From an uncultured virus (IMG/VR IMGVR_UViG_3300037418_002777) (lineage: Duplodnaviria > Heunggongvirae > Uroviricota > Caudoviricetes): DNA of 32,331 nucleotides. Location: the IMG/VR virus record IMGVR_UViG_3300037418_002777, one strand, 5' to 3'. This document shows, one piece after another, positions 16,213 through 23,445 of the stretch. Made by a program: the position numbers and the translations under genes. The stretch's first letter is position 1. Every line of letters begins with the position of its first letter. The notes beneath the pieces were generated by a model. It searched no databases. It saw only the letters and a list, made by a program, of their open reading frames with translations, and was not told the origin of the DNA.

Positions 16213-17634
16213 ATGCCCAACCTGCGCGTCATCTACGACAATGCCGCCGACCGTGCGACGGCGCTGACTGCGTCGACCAGCGTCGGCGCGCTGGTGCCGG
16301 CCAACCTGAAGAACGACATGAAGTCGGTGGTATGGCGCTCGGCGAGCGCTGCGGCCGGCGTCACGCCCAGCGCGACGCTGGACCTGTCCTGGACTACCGC
16401 CGAAATGGTCGCTGGCGTCGCGCTGGCCTACTGCAACCTGACGTCGCAGGCGCTGGTACGGGTGCGCGGCACCAACGAGGCCCCGGCCACCAATCTGGTG
16501 CCGGGGTCGGAAAGCCTGTCGACGGCCTACGGCTGGTCCGGTGCCAGCGTGGCCGCGACGACCAAATTTTATGCAGGCGTGGTGCCGTACCAGGAGGTGG
16601 CCAAGGCGCTGTCCTCGACCAACGAGAACCGCGGTGCCAGCCTGGGCACGGTCGCGGCCGGTGCCTACGTCACGCTGACCGTGGCGCTGCGCGCCGGCAC
16701 CGTGAGTGCCGCCGGCGTCGGGCTGTATGACAGCACGGCCGCCAGCTGGGGCGCGAATGCCGACTCCAGCGCGTTGGTGCTGGCCGGGCCGGGCGCGTTG
16801 TCCCGCTCCAGCGGAGGCCTGTTCAACGTCAGCGGCCTGACCGCGACCGACGACACGCTGGTGCAGATCACCCGCCTGTACCAGACCAGCGGTACCGGCT
16901 ACGTCCTGCTGTATCCCGGCACAGCAGGATCGAGCACTGCCGGGCAGTCGGTGCTGGCCACCCGCGTACAAGCCGAGGCCGGCCTGGTGCCGACCAGCTA
17001 CTACCCGACCACGTCCGCTGCGGCCACGCGCCCGCTCGGCTACATGGACAGCTGGCAGTCGTACGCCTTGAACACCGGCTGGGTGTCGGCATGCGCCGCG
17101 CCACCGCTGGGCCTGTGGAACTGGGGGGCTGCGCCGCTGGGTGCCAACGCTTACGCCTATGGCGGCGGCGCGACCGGGCGGGCTTGGGTGCCGGCCCCAG
17201 CCGCAGTGCGCGCGCTGCGCATCGAGATCACCGACGCTGGCAACCCGGGCGGCTACATCGAAGCATCGCGGCTGGTGTGCGGTGCCTACTGGGAGCCGCA
17301 ACGCAACGCCGACTACGGTGCCTCGCTGCAGGTGGTCGACGCCAGCAAGAACTACCGCAACGACGCGGGCGACCTGATGAGCGATGCCGGCACGGTCAGC
17401 AGCAAGCTGCAACTGTCGATGTCGAAGCTGCAGCTTGCCGACGCCACCACGCTGTACGGGCTATTGCGCGGCAACGGCATCATCCGTCCGGTGTTCGTCA
17501 GCCTATTCCCCGAGGACGCCAACCCGGCGCGCGAGCAGGCGCACCAGCTGTACGGCAAGCTGGTCAGTACACCGGCGATGACCCTGCCCTTCTTTAACGT
17601 CGCCGCGGCGACCCTTGAGATCGAGAGCGTCTAA
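16213..17634 (+). CDS. Tail tip protein, distal-tail-like scaffold with an inserted beta-sandwich domain (473 aa)
   Basis: Tail module position. The internal segment from TNLVPGSE to QAEAGLVPTSYYPTTSAAATR looks like a carbohydrate-binding-type insertion. Confidence 0.55.
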   Translation: MPNLRVIYDNAADRATALTASTSVGALVPANLKNDMKSVVWRSASAAAGVTPSATLDLSWTTAEMVAGVALAYCNLTSQALVRVRGTNEAPATNLVPGSESLSTAYGWSGASVAATTKFYAGVVPYQEVAKALSSTNENRGASLGTVAAGAYVTLTVALRAGTVSAAGVGLYDSTAASWGANADSSALVLAGPGALSRSSGGLFNVSGLTATDDTLVQITRLYQTSGTGYVLLYPGTAGSSTAGQSVLATRVQAEAGLVPTSYYPTTSAAATRPLGYMDSWQSYALNTGWVSACAAPPLGLWNWGAAPLGANAYAYGGGATGRAWVPAPAAVRALRIEITDAGNPGGYIEASRLVCGAYWEPQRNADYGASLQVVDASKNYRNDAGDLMSDAGTVSSKLQLSMSKLQLADATTLYGLLRGNGIIRPVFVSLFPEDANPAREQAHQLYGKLVSTPAMTLPFFNVAAATLEIESV

Positions 17635-19974
17635 ATGGCACGCTTCTATTACGGCCAGCTGGACTACATCACCCAGCTGAACTACCTGGACAACCTCGCC
17701 ACGCTCCAGAAGGGCGACCCCGGACCGACCGGCCCGGCCAACACGCTGACGATCGGCACCGTTACGACCGGCACCGCGGCCGCGACCATTACCGGTAACG
17801 CGCCGAGCCAGACCCTGAACCTGACCCTGCCGACCGCAGCGCCCAACAGCCTGGCGATCGGCACCGTCACGACCGGCGCGAACGGCGCGCCAGCGGCCGC
17901 GACGATCACCGGCAGCGCGCCGAACCAGACCCTGAACCTGACCCTGCCCAAGGGTGACCAGGGCATCCAGGGCAACACCGGCCCGGCCAACACGCTGACG
18001 ATCGGCACCGTCACCACCGGCACGGCCGCAGCCACCATCACCGGCAGTGCGCCGAACCAGACGCTGAACCTGACTCTGCCGACGGCGGCGCCGAACACGC
18101 TGGCGATCGGCACGGTGAGCAGCGGGGCGACGGCGGCCGCGACGATCACCGGCAGCGCGCCGAACCAGACCCTGAACCTGACCCTGCCCAAGGGCGCGAA
18201 CTGGAAGGGTGCCTGGGTGTCGGGCACCACCTACGCGGTCGACGACTGGGTCACCAATGCGGGCTCGACCTACCGGCGCAAGGTGGCCGGTGCCGGTGCC
18301 ACGGTGCCCGGCTCGGACAGCACCAACTGGGACGTCGCCGCGGCCAAGGGCGCGGACGGGGCCGGCACGGTGTCGTCCGTCAATAGCATCAGTCCGGTGT
18401 CGGGCAACGTGACGCTGGCGGCGGCCGACGTGGGCGCGTTGCCAGCGGCAGGTGGCAGCCTGTCCGGCAAACTGGCGGTAGGGGGCACGCTGACGCCGGA
18501 CGTCCAGCTTGGGCTTGTCTCTGGCTCGGACACGACCAACAGCAACGGCGGCGTGGCCTTCTACGGCAGCACCAGCAACAAGCAGGCCGCGATCCTGAGC
18601 TACAATACGGGCTCGTTTAACGGCGACCTGCGCTTTTTCGTGTCGCAGAAGGCCTCGGCCAGCCTGGCCACGACGGCCGAGGCGATGCGACTGAATCCGC
18701 GCGGCGCGCTGATCGGCACGACTACCGATGACGGCAGCAGCGCGCTGCAGATCGGCGGCGCGGTGCGTACGACGTCGACACTGACGGCGCGCGCCGGTAC
18801 CGATGGTGAATCGTCGTTTGGGGCGGACGCTAACGGCTCGATCGAGCTGGGCAAGCAAGGGCGCGCGGCAGCCGGCACCCCGTTCATCGACTTCCATTCG
18901 TCGACCAACAACACCGACCACGACGTACGCCTGGTGGCGTCCGGCGGCACGGCTACTGCAGGCCAGGGCACCCTCAGCATGCTGGCCAAGTGGGTCCTGG
19001 TCGGCACCGGCACCGATGACGGCAGTGGTGCCACCCTCCAGGTGGCCGGCAGTGTGCGCACGACCAGCCAGGTGTGGGTGAACGGTGCTTCCTCCATCGC
19101 TGGCTACGCTTCCGCGATGACGTTGTACTACACTGGCGAGGGGTCCCAGCACGGCTTCACCCTCAAGCCGGCGACGTCGGTGGCCGACACCAACGCGATC
19201 AACTTCATGAACAGCGCCGGCACGGTGGCGATCGGCCAGATCCAGCACTTGGCCGGCAACGCCGGCATGAACCTGACCGGCTCGTGGAAGTACCAGGGCA
19301 GCCCGATCCTGACTCTGGCCTCGCAGGACACCTCGGCCGGCTACGTCGGCCTGACCTCCTACAAGATCAACTTCAAGAACGCGGCCAACACCTTCACGTC
19401 GTTCCTGACCAACACCAACACCGCGGCGCGCACCTACACCTTCCCGGACAAGGATGGCACGGTGGCGATGACCTCGGACCTTGCTTCGGCCGGCGCGATG
19501 GTGCTGCTGGGCCAAGCCACGGTGTCGTCGGCGGTGGCGCAGATCGATTTCCTGAACATCTTCACATCGGCGTACGACAAGTACGTGATCGAGGTGCATG
19601 GGCTCACCCTGGCCGTCTCTGCTACGCCTATACTGTACCCCGCCACCGGGGGCGTCGCTGAAAGCACCGGCGGCTGTTATAGCTACAACGCTGCCGGTAC
19701 GAATCAGTACACCAATCTGGCGTATGCGCCCATCAGTGAGACTACCATCGGTTCCGGCAATACCCTGAGCGTGACGATTGAAGTACGCAACGCCAATGAC
19801 AGCGTGAACAAAAAACAGATTGGTGTGCGCGGTGCCACTAACTTCTATGACGGGGTTTGGCGCGAGGGCACCTATGCCAAGTCCGCAGCGATGTCCGGCT
19901 TCCGCCTAGCCACTGCTGGCGGCGGCAACATCACCGCCGGCACCATCCGCGTGTACGGCATCAAGAACTCGTAA
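17635..19974 (+). CDS. Long tail fibre / receptor-binding protein (779 aa)
   Basis: Thr/Gly/Ala-rich with tandem repeats and short GXY runs, a CBM5/12-like segment (AWVSGTTYAVDDWVTNAGSTY), the VSSVNSISP-GNVTL-AADVGA fibre motif, and a DUF4376-like chaperone downstream. Confidence 0.9.
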   Translation: MARFYYGQLDYITQLNYLDNLATLQKGDPGPTGPANTLTIGTVTTGTAAATITGNAPSQTLNLTLPTAAPNSLAIGTVTTGANGAPAAATITGSAPNQTLNLTLPKGDQGIQGNTGPANTLTIGTVTTGTAAATITGSAPNQTLNLTLPTAAPNTLAIGTVSSGATAAATITGSAPNQTLNLTLPKGANWKGAWVSGTTYAVDDWVTNAGSTYRRKVAGAGATVPGSDSTNWDVAAAKGADGAGTVSSVNSISPVSGNVTLAAADVGALPAAGGSLSGKLAVGGTLTPDVQLGLVSGSDTTNSNGGVAFYGSTSNKQAAILSYNTGSFNGDLRFFVSQKASASLATTAEAMRLNPRGALIGTTTDDGSSALQIGGAVRTTSTLTARAGTDGESSFGADANGSIELGKQGRAAAGTPFIDFHSSTNNTDHDVRLVASGGTATAGQGTLSMLAKWVLVGTGTDDGSGATLQVAGSVRTTSQVWVNGASSIAGYASAMTLYYTGEGSQHGFTLKPATSVADTNAINFMNSAGTVAIGQIQHLAGNAGMNLTGSWKYQGSPILTLASQDTSAGYVGLTSYKINFKNAANTFTSFLTNTNTAARTYTFPDKDGTVAMTSDLASAGAMVLLGQATVSSAVAQIDFLNIFTSAYDKYVIEVHGLTLAVSATPILYPATGGVAESTGGCYSYNAAGTNQYTNLAYAPISETTIGSGNTLSVTIEVRNANDSVNKKQIGVRGATNFYDGVWREGTYAKSAAMSGFRLATAGGGNITAGTIRVYGIKNS
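17731..18194 (+). repeat. Four ~35-aa repeats (ABAB) in the tail fibre
   Basis: N(T/S)LxIGTVxxG..AAATITGxAPxQTLNLTLP four times; 62 identical bp at 17893-17954 and 18133-18194. Confidence 0.95.
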
Positions 19975-19984
19975 AAGGAACTAC

Positions 19985-20431
19985 ATGACGATCCAGATCA
20001 TGGCCGACGGCGTCACCCGCGATGCCACCCCGGAGGAGGAAGCGGAGATCCAGCAGCGTGCGGCTGCGGATGTGCCGCTGCTGCGCGCTGCTCAGTGGGA
20101 GGCCATCAAGTCGCTGCGCGACCGGCGCAAGGCGGGCGGCGTCCTGGTCAGCGGGTCCTGGTTCCACTCCGATGACGCCAGCCGCATCCAGCAGCTTGGG
20201 CTGGTGCTGATGGGGGCAGGTATCCCGGCCGACCTGCAGTGGAAGACGATGACCGGCGACTTCGTGACGATGACGCCGGCGCTGGCCCAGCAGATATTTA
20301 CGGCGGTCGCTACCCTGGACCAGGGCACCTTTGCCTGTGCTGAACAGCACCGCCAGGCATTGCTGGAGGCGGCGAATCCCGGTGCCTATGACTTCTCGAC
20401 CGGCTGGCCACCGATCTTCGGCGAAACTTAA
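19985..20431 (+). CDS. Tail fibre assembly chaperone-like protein (DUF4376-like, 148 aa)
   Basis: AAGGA SD. WEAIKSLRDRRKAGGV-WFHSDDASRIQ-WKTMTGDFVTMT pattern; directly after the fibre gene. Confidence 0.75.
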   Translation: MTIQIMADGVTRDATPEEEAEIQQRAAADVPLLRAAQWEAIKSLRDRRKAGGVLVSGSWFHSDDASRIQQLGLVLMGAGIPADLQWKTMTGDFVTMTPALAQQIFTAVATLDQGTFACAEQHRQALLEAANPGAYDFSTGWPPIFGET

Positions 20432-20434
20432 TTT

Positions 20435-20492
20435 TAGAAAATTTCCCACACGCATGTTACACTTTCCGGCAACTTTCCTGTGGAGGTTGCCG
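20435..20492 (+). promoter_or_regulatory. Extended -10 promoter followed by an SD-occluding hairpin
   Basis: TAGAAA (20435-20440), 17 bp ending in TGt, TACACT (20458-20463). CGGCAACTTTC (20467-20477) pairs with GGAGGTTGCCG (20482-20492), with two G-U pairs. Confidence 0.65.
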
Positions 20493-20494
20493 CG

Positions 20495-20989
20495 ATGCGT
20501 TACGACGAAGCCCGCCCGCTGATCCAGACCGGCGATCTGATCGCCTCGCGCGACGTGCACGGTCTGATTGGCCGCGCCACCCAGGCTTTCACCCGCGACC
20601 CCCACACCCACACCGGTGTTGCCGTCTGGCTCGGCGAGCGGCTGTTCATGGCGGACTTGAACAGCGGGCGCAACCACCTGACCGCCGTGTCCCAGCTGGC
20701 CAGCTTCGACGTCTGCGACCCGCCGCCCGGCCTGGCGCGGGCCGACATCGAGCGTGCCGTCTACGACTGGCTGGCCGCCCCGATCGAGTACGGTTTCCTG
20801 GCGTTTCCCGTCATCGGTCTGAAGTGCGCCCTGGGACTGAAGGTGTTCATCCACTGGCGCAAGATCATCGTCTGCTCGGGCGGCTCGGTGCAAATCTTCG
20901 AGAAGGCCGGCTGGCCCGAGCACAGCCGCATGATTTCGCCGGGCGAACTGGTGCAGGACCTCGGCGTCAAGTTGCAAGTTCGCCCCTAA
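20495..20989 (+). CDS. Permuted papain-like NlpC/P60 peptidase/amidase (YiiX/YaeF-like, 164 aa)
   Basis: GGAGG SD, ATG at 20495. Motif order IQTGDLI, HTHTGVA (His), EYG, IVCSG (Cys), ISPGEL is the permuted His-before-Cys arrangement. Confidence 0.8.
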   Translation: MRYDEARPLIQTGDLIASRDVHGLIGRATQAFTRDPHTHTGVAVWLGERLFMADLNSGRNHLTAVSQLASFDVCDPPPGLARADIERAVYDWLAAPIEYGFLAFPVIGLKCALGLKVFIHWRKIIVCSGGSVQIFEKAGWPEHSRMISPGELVQDLGVKLQVRP

Positions 20990-20997
20990 GAATTACC

Positions 20998-21014
20998 CTG
21001 GCATAACATTTGCT
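20998..21014 (+). promoter_or_regulatory. sigma54-type -24/-12 box upstream of the lysis cassette
   Basis: CTGGCAT-AACAT-TTGCT; GG at 21000-21001, GC at 21012-21013. Confidence 0.7.
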
Positions 21015-21042
21015 AGACGGCACGTTCAATAACGCCTAGAAT
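21014..21042 (+). promoter_or_regulatory. sigma70-like promoter for the lysis cassette
   Basis: TAGACG (21014-21019), 17 bp, TAGAAT (21037-21042). Confidence 0.7.
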
Positions 21043-21068
21043 TTCTACATCTTTTCTTGAGGGAAATC

Positions 21069-21164
21069 ATGGAGATCTTGGTGCTCATGCCGCAGTTCTG
21101 GGGCGAAATGCTTCGCGCGTTCTTAACCGAGCTGTTCGACAACGACCTGGAGGCGCGCGCATGA
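21069..21164 (+). CDS. 31-aa leader ORF coupled to the first holin-like gene
   Basis: GAGGGA SD, ATG at 21069, MEILVLMPQFWGEMLRAFLTELFDNDLEARA, ATGA overlap with 21161. Confidence 0.6.
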   Translation: MEILVLMPQFWGEMLRAFLTELFDNDLEARA

Positions 21165-21394
21165 CGCTGGGCGAACTCAAACACACTGCCGAGACCTTCT
21201 GGGAGAGCCTTGAGCCGATCAAGCCGCACCTGGACGTCGCCTCGATCGGGCTGCTGATCACGGCGCTGTTCCAGCTGATCCCGGGCGTGACGACGATCAT
21301 CACCCTGCTGTGGTCGTTGATCCGGCTGTACGAAACCGCCACCGTGCAGGCCTGGCTGGCTCGCCGGCGTGCCCGCAAAGGAGTCTCGTCATGA
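21161..21394 (+). CDS. Putative holin or antiholin (77 aa)
   Basis: Long hydrophobic stretch (VASIGLLITALFQLIPGVTTIITLLWSLI) with a basic C-terminus (RRRARK); upstream of the endolysin. Confidence 0.7.
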   Translation: MTLGELKHTAETFWESLEPIKPHLDVASIGLLITALFQLIPGVTTIITLLWSLIRLYETATVQAWLARRRARKGVSS

Positions 21395-21624
21395 CCCTGC
21401 AAACCCTGAAAGACACCGTCGTCGCCGAGCTGCGCCGCGTGACCACCTGGGTCAACGCGACCCTGGTCGCGATGCTGCCGTTTTCCGCCGACATCATGAA
21501 CGCGGTCAACACCAACCTGCCGAACTTGGCGCCGTACCTGCCCGAGAACATCTACAAGGCGGTCGGCTTCGCCGCGGTGGTCTACAACATGGCGGCCAGC
21601 GTGCGCCGCACCCACAGAGAATGA
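21391..21624 (+). CDS. Second putative holin-like membrane protein (77 aa)
   Basis: AAGGAG SD, ATGA overlaps at both ends, two hydrophobic segments, immediately before the endolysin. Confidence 0.65.
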   Translation: MTLQTLKDTVVAELRRVTTWVNATLVAMLPFSADIMNAVNTNLPNLAPYLPENIYKAVGFAAVVYNMAASVRRTHRE

Positions 21625-22274
21625 ACGACGCCCAGCTGCTGCGCGCGGTGCCATCGCTGGGCGCGGCCCGCGCTGGCCTGTGGCTGCCGGCGATCACTGC
21701 GGCGATGCGCCGCTTCGAGATCGCCACGCCGCGCCAGCAGGCCCACTTCGTCGCCCAGCTGCTGCACGAGTCGGGCAACCTGACGCGGCTGGTCGAGAAT
21801 CTGAACTACAGCGCGGCCGCCCTGCTGGCCACCTTCAACACGCCGAAGGCCCAGCGCTTCACGCCCGCGCTGGCGGCGCAGTACGGGCGCACCGCCGCCC
21901 ACCCGGCCGACCAGCGCATGATCGCCAACATCGCCTACGGCAGCCGGATGGGTAACGGGCCGATCCACTCGGACGACGGCTGGCGCTACCGCGGCCGCGG
22001 CCCGATCCAGCTGACCGGCAAGGACAACTACGCGCGCTGCGGCGCGCTGCTCGGCATCGACCTGGTCAACTCGCCCGAGATGCTCGAGCAGCCGGAGGCT
22101 GGGTGCCTGGCGGCCGGCTGGTTCTGGCACGTCGGCAACGGACTTGGCCACTCGCTCAACGCGCTGGCCGAGGCCGGCGAGACCGACGCGGTCTCGCGCG
22201 CCGTCAACGGCGGCAACAATGGCCTGGCCGAGCGCCGGGCGCTGACCAACGAACTGCTGGAGGCCTTGGTATGA
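21621..22274 (+). CDS. Endolysin, glycoside hydrolase family 19 (217 aa)
   Basis: AHFVAQLLHESG, ENLNYS, DGWRYRGRGPIQLTGKDNY and VNGGNNGL motifs. Confidence 0.93.
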   Translation: MNDAQLLRAVPSLGAARAGLWLPAITAAMRRFEIATPRQQAHFVAQLLHESGNLTRLVENLNYSAAALLATFNTPKAQRFTPALAAQYGRTAAHPADQRMIANIAYGSRMGNGPIHSDDGWRYRGRGPIQLTGKDNYARCGALLGIDLVNSPEMLEQPEAGCLAAGWFWHVGNGLGHSLNALAEAGETDAVSRAVNGGNNGLAERRALTNELLEALV

Positions 22275-22867
22275 ACCGTGTCCGCTGCTTCCTGATTGAG
22301 CCGACCGATCGGGTGCGCATGTCGCTGCGCCGCTACAGCGCGAGCGGCGGGCTGCAGGGAGAATGCCCTGTGCACGGCTACCACAATGCCAGTGCCGAGA
22401 TCGGCGATGACGCGCTGGCCGCCATGCCTAAGATTTCCAAGTACGTCTATGGCGCGGTGCACGGCGACCTGTGGCCGCATGACGATCCGCGCTGGCCGAC
22501 CCACTGCGCCTGCGGCTATGCGTTCACGCCGTCCGACAACTGGCAGTTCAACCCTGACACGCTGTACCGGCGCGCCGACACCGGCGAGTTGATGACCGAC
22601 CGCAGCGCGCCGCCGGGGGCACTGCGCTACGCCGGCTGGCTGCACGACTTCGGGGGAGGCTACCAGCCAGGGCCGGACGGCAAACACCTGCAGTGCAAGC
22701 TGCCGGACGGTCGCTGGTGGGTCATCGACGGCCCGGCCAGTAACGCTCCCCGCGACCAGGTCGGCTGGACGCGTACCGGCACCGTACCGGACGTGACCGC
22801 GCGCCCGTCGATTCAGACGCCCGGCTACCACGGCTTCCTGACCGACGGCTGGCTCGAGGAGTGCTGA
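22271..22867 (+). CDS. Cys/His/Trp-rich hypothetical protein with a DUF6527-like C-terminus (198 aa)
   Basis: GGAGG SD, ATGA/TGATG coupled. C-terminal WTRTG..PDVTARPSI..YHGFLTDG; candidate metal ligands CPVH and HCAC. Confidence 0.6.
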   Translation: MNRVRCFLIEPTDRVRMSLRRYSASGGLQGECPVHGYHNASAEIGDDALAAMPKISKYVYGAVHGDLWPHDDPRWPTHCACGYAFTPSDNWQFNPDTLYRRADTGELMTDRSAPPGALRYAGWLHDFGGGYQPGPDGKHLQCKLPDGRWWVIDGPASNAPRDQVGWTRTGTVPDVTARPSIQTPGYHGFLTDGWLEEC

Positions 22868-23445
22868 TGCGCGCGCTACTCGCCACCCTGACCGGCACCC
22901 TGGTCCCGCCGTGGGCACGCTGGCTTGCGATCGCCGCGCTGGCCCTGTCCGCCTACGAGCTTGGGCGGCTGCACGAGGCGCGCGACGCGGCCGGCAAGGT
23001 CGTCACCCAGGTGGTGACGACGGTGAAGAAGGAAGTCCAGACGGTCACCCGGGTCGAGACCGTGTACCGCGACCGGATCCAGAAAATCTACGTCCAGGAG
23101 AAGCAGCTTGAAGCCGATGTCCCGACCTATATCCCGCCTGCTACTGACCAGCTTTTCGCTGTGCCTGTTGGCTTCGTGCGCGTCGCCGCCGCCGCCTGGT
23201 CCGGCACCGCTGCTGGACCCGCCGCCGAGTCTGACCGCGAACCCGCAGGAATTTCGTTTTCCGAGCTCGGAAGCATCGAAGTCGCCAACGCCACCAGCTG
23301 CCGCGTCTGGCGCGAGCAAGCCCTCGGCTGGCGCGAGTTCTACGCCAAGCAGCAGGTAACTTTCAACGGTAAAGCAGGAGACTGGTACCAGCCCGATGAC
23401 GACCATCCTCGTGATCCCGGACAGCCAAGTCAAACCGAACGTTGA
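22867..23445 (+). CDS. Putative i-spanin (Rz-like, 192 aa)
   Basis: Single N-terminal TM segment (WARWLAIAALALSAY) then a periplasmic region; downstream of the endolysin; contains an embedded lipoprotein ORF. Confidence 0.8.
   Translation: MRALLATLTGTLVPPWARWLAIAALALSAYELGRLHEARDAAGKVVTQVVTTVKKEVQTVTRVETVYRDRIQKIYVQEKQLEADVPTYIPPATDQLFAVPVGFVRVAAAAWSGTAAGPAAESDREPAGISFSELGSIEVANATSCRVWREQALGWREFYAKQQVTFNGKAGDWYQPDDDHPRDPGQPSQTER
23108..23359 (+). CDS. Putative embedded o-spanin lipoprotein (Rz1-like, 83 aa)
   Basis: +1 frame inside the i-spanin. GGAG at 23097-23100 before TTG at 23108; signal peptide with lipobox LASC, then Pro-rich ASPPPPGPAPLLDPPPSL. Confidence 0.75.
   Translation: MKPMSRPISRLLLTSFSLCLLASCASPPPPGPAPLLDPPPSLTANPQEFRFPSSEASKSPTPPAAASGASKPSAGASSTPSSR

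Noticed and set aside
17731..18194. Repeats as a CRISPR array or DGR template/variable pair
   Set aside because: They are in-frame coding repeats without unique spacers, the differences are not adenine-specific, and there is no cas or reverse transcriptase gene in the window.
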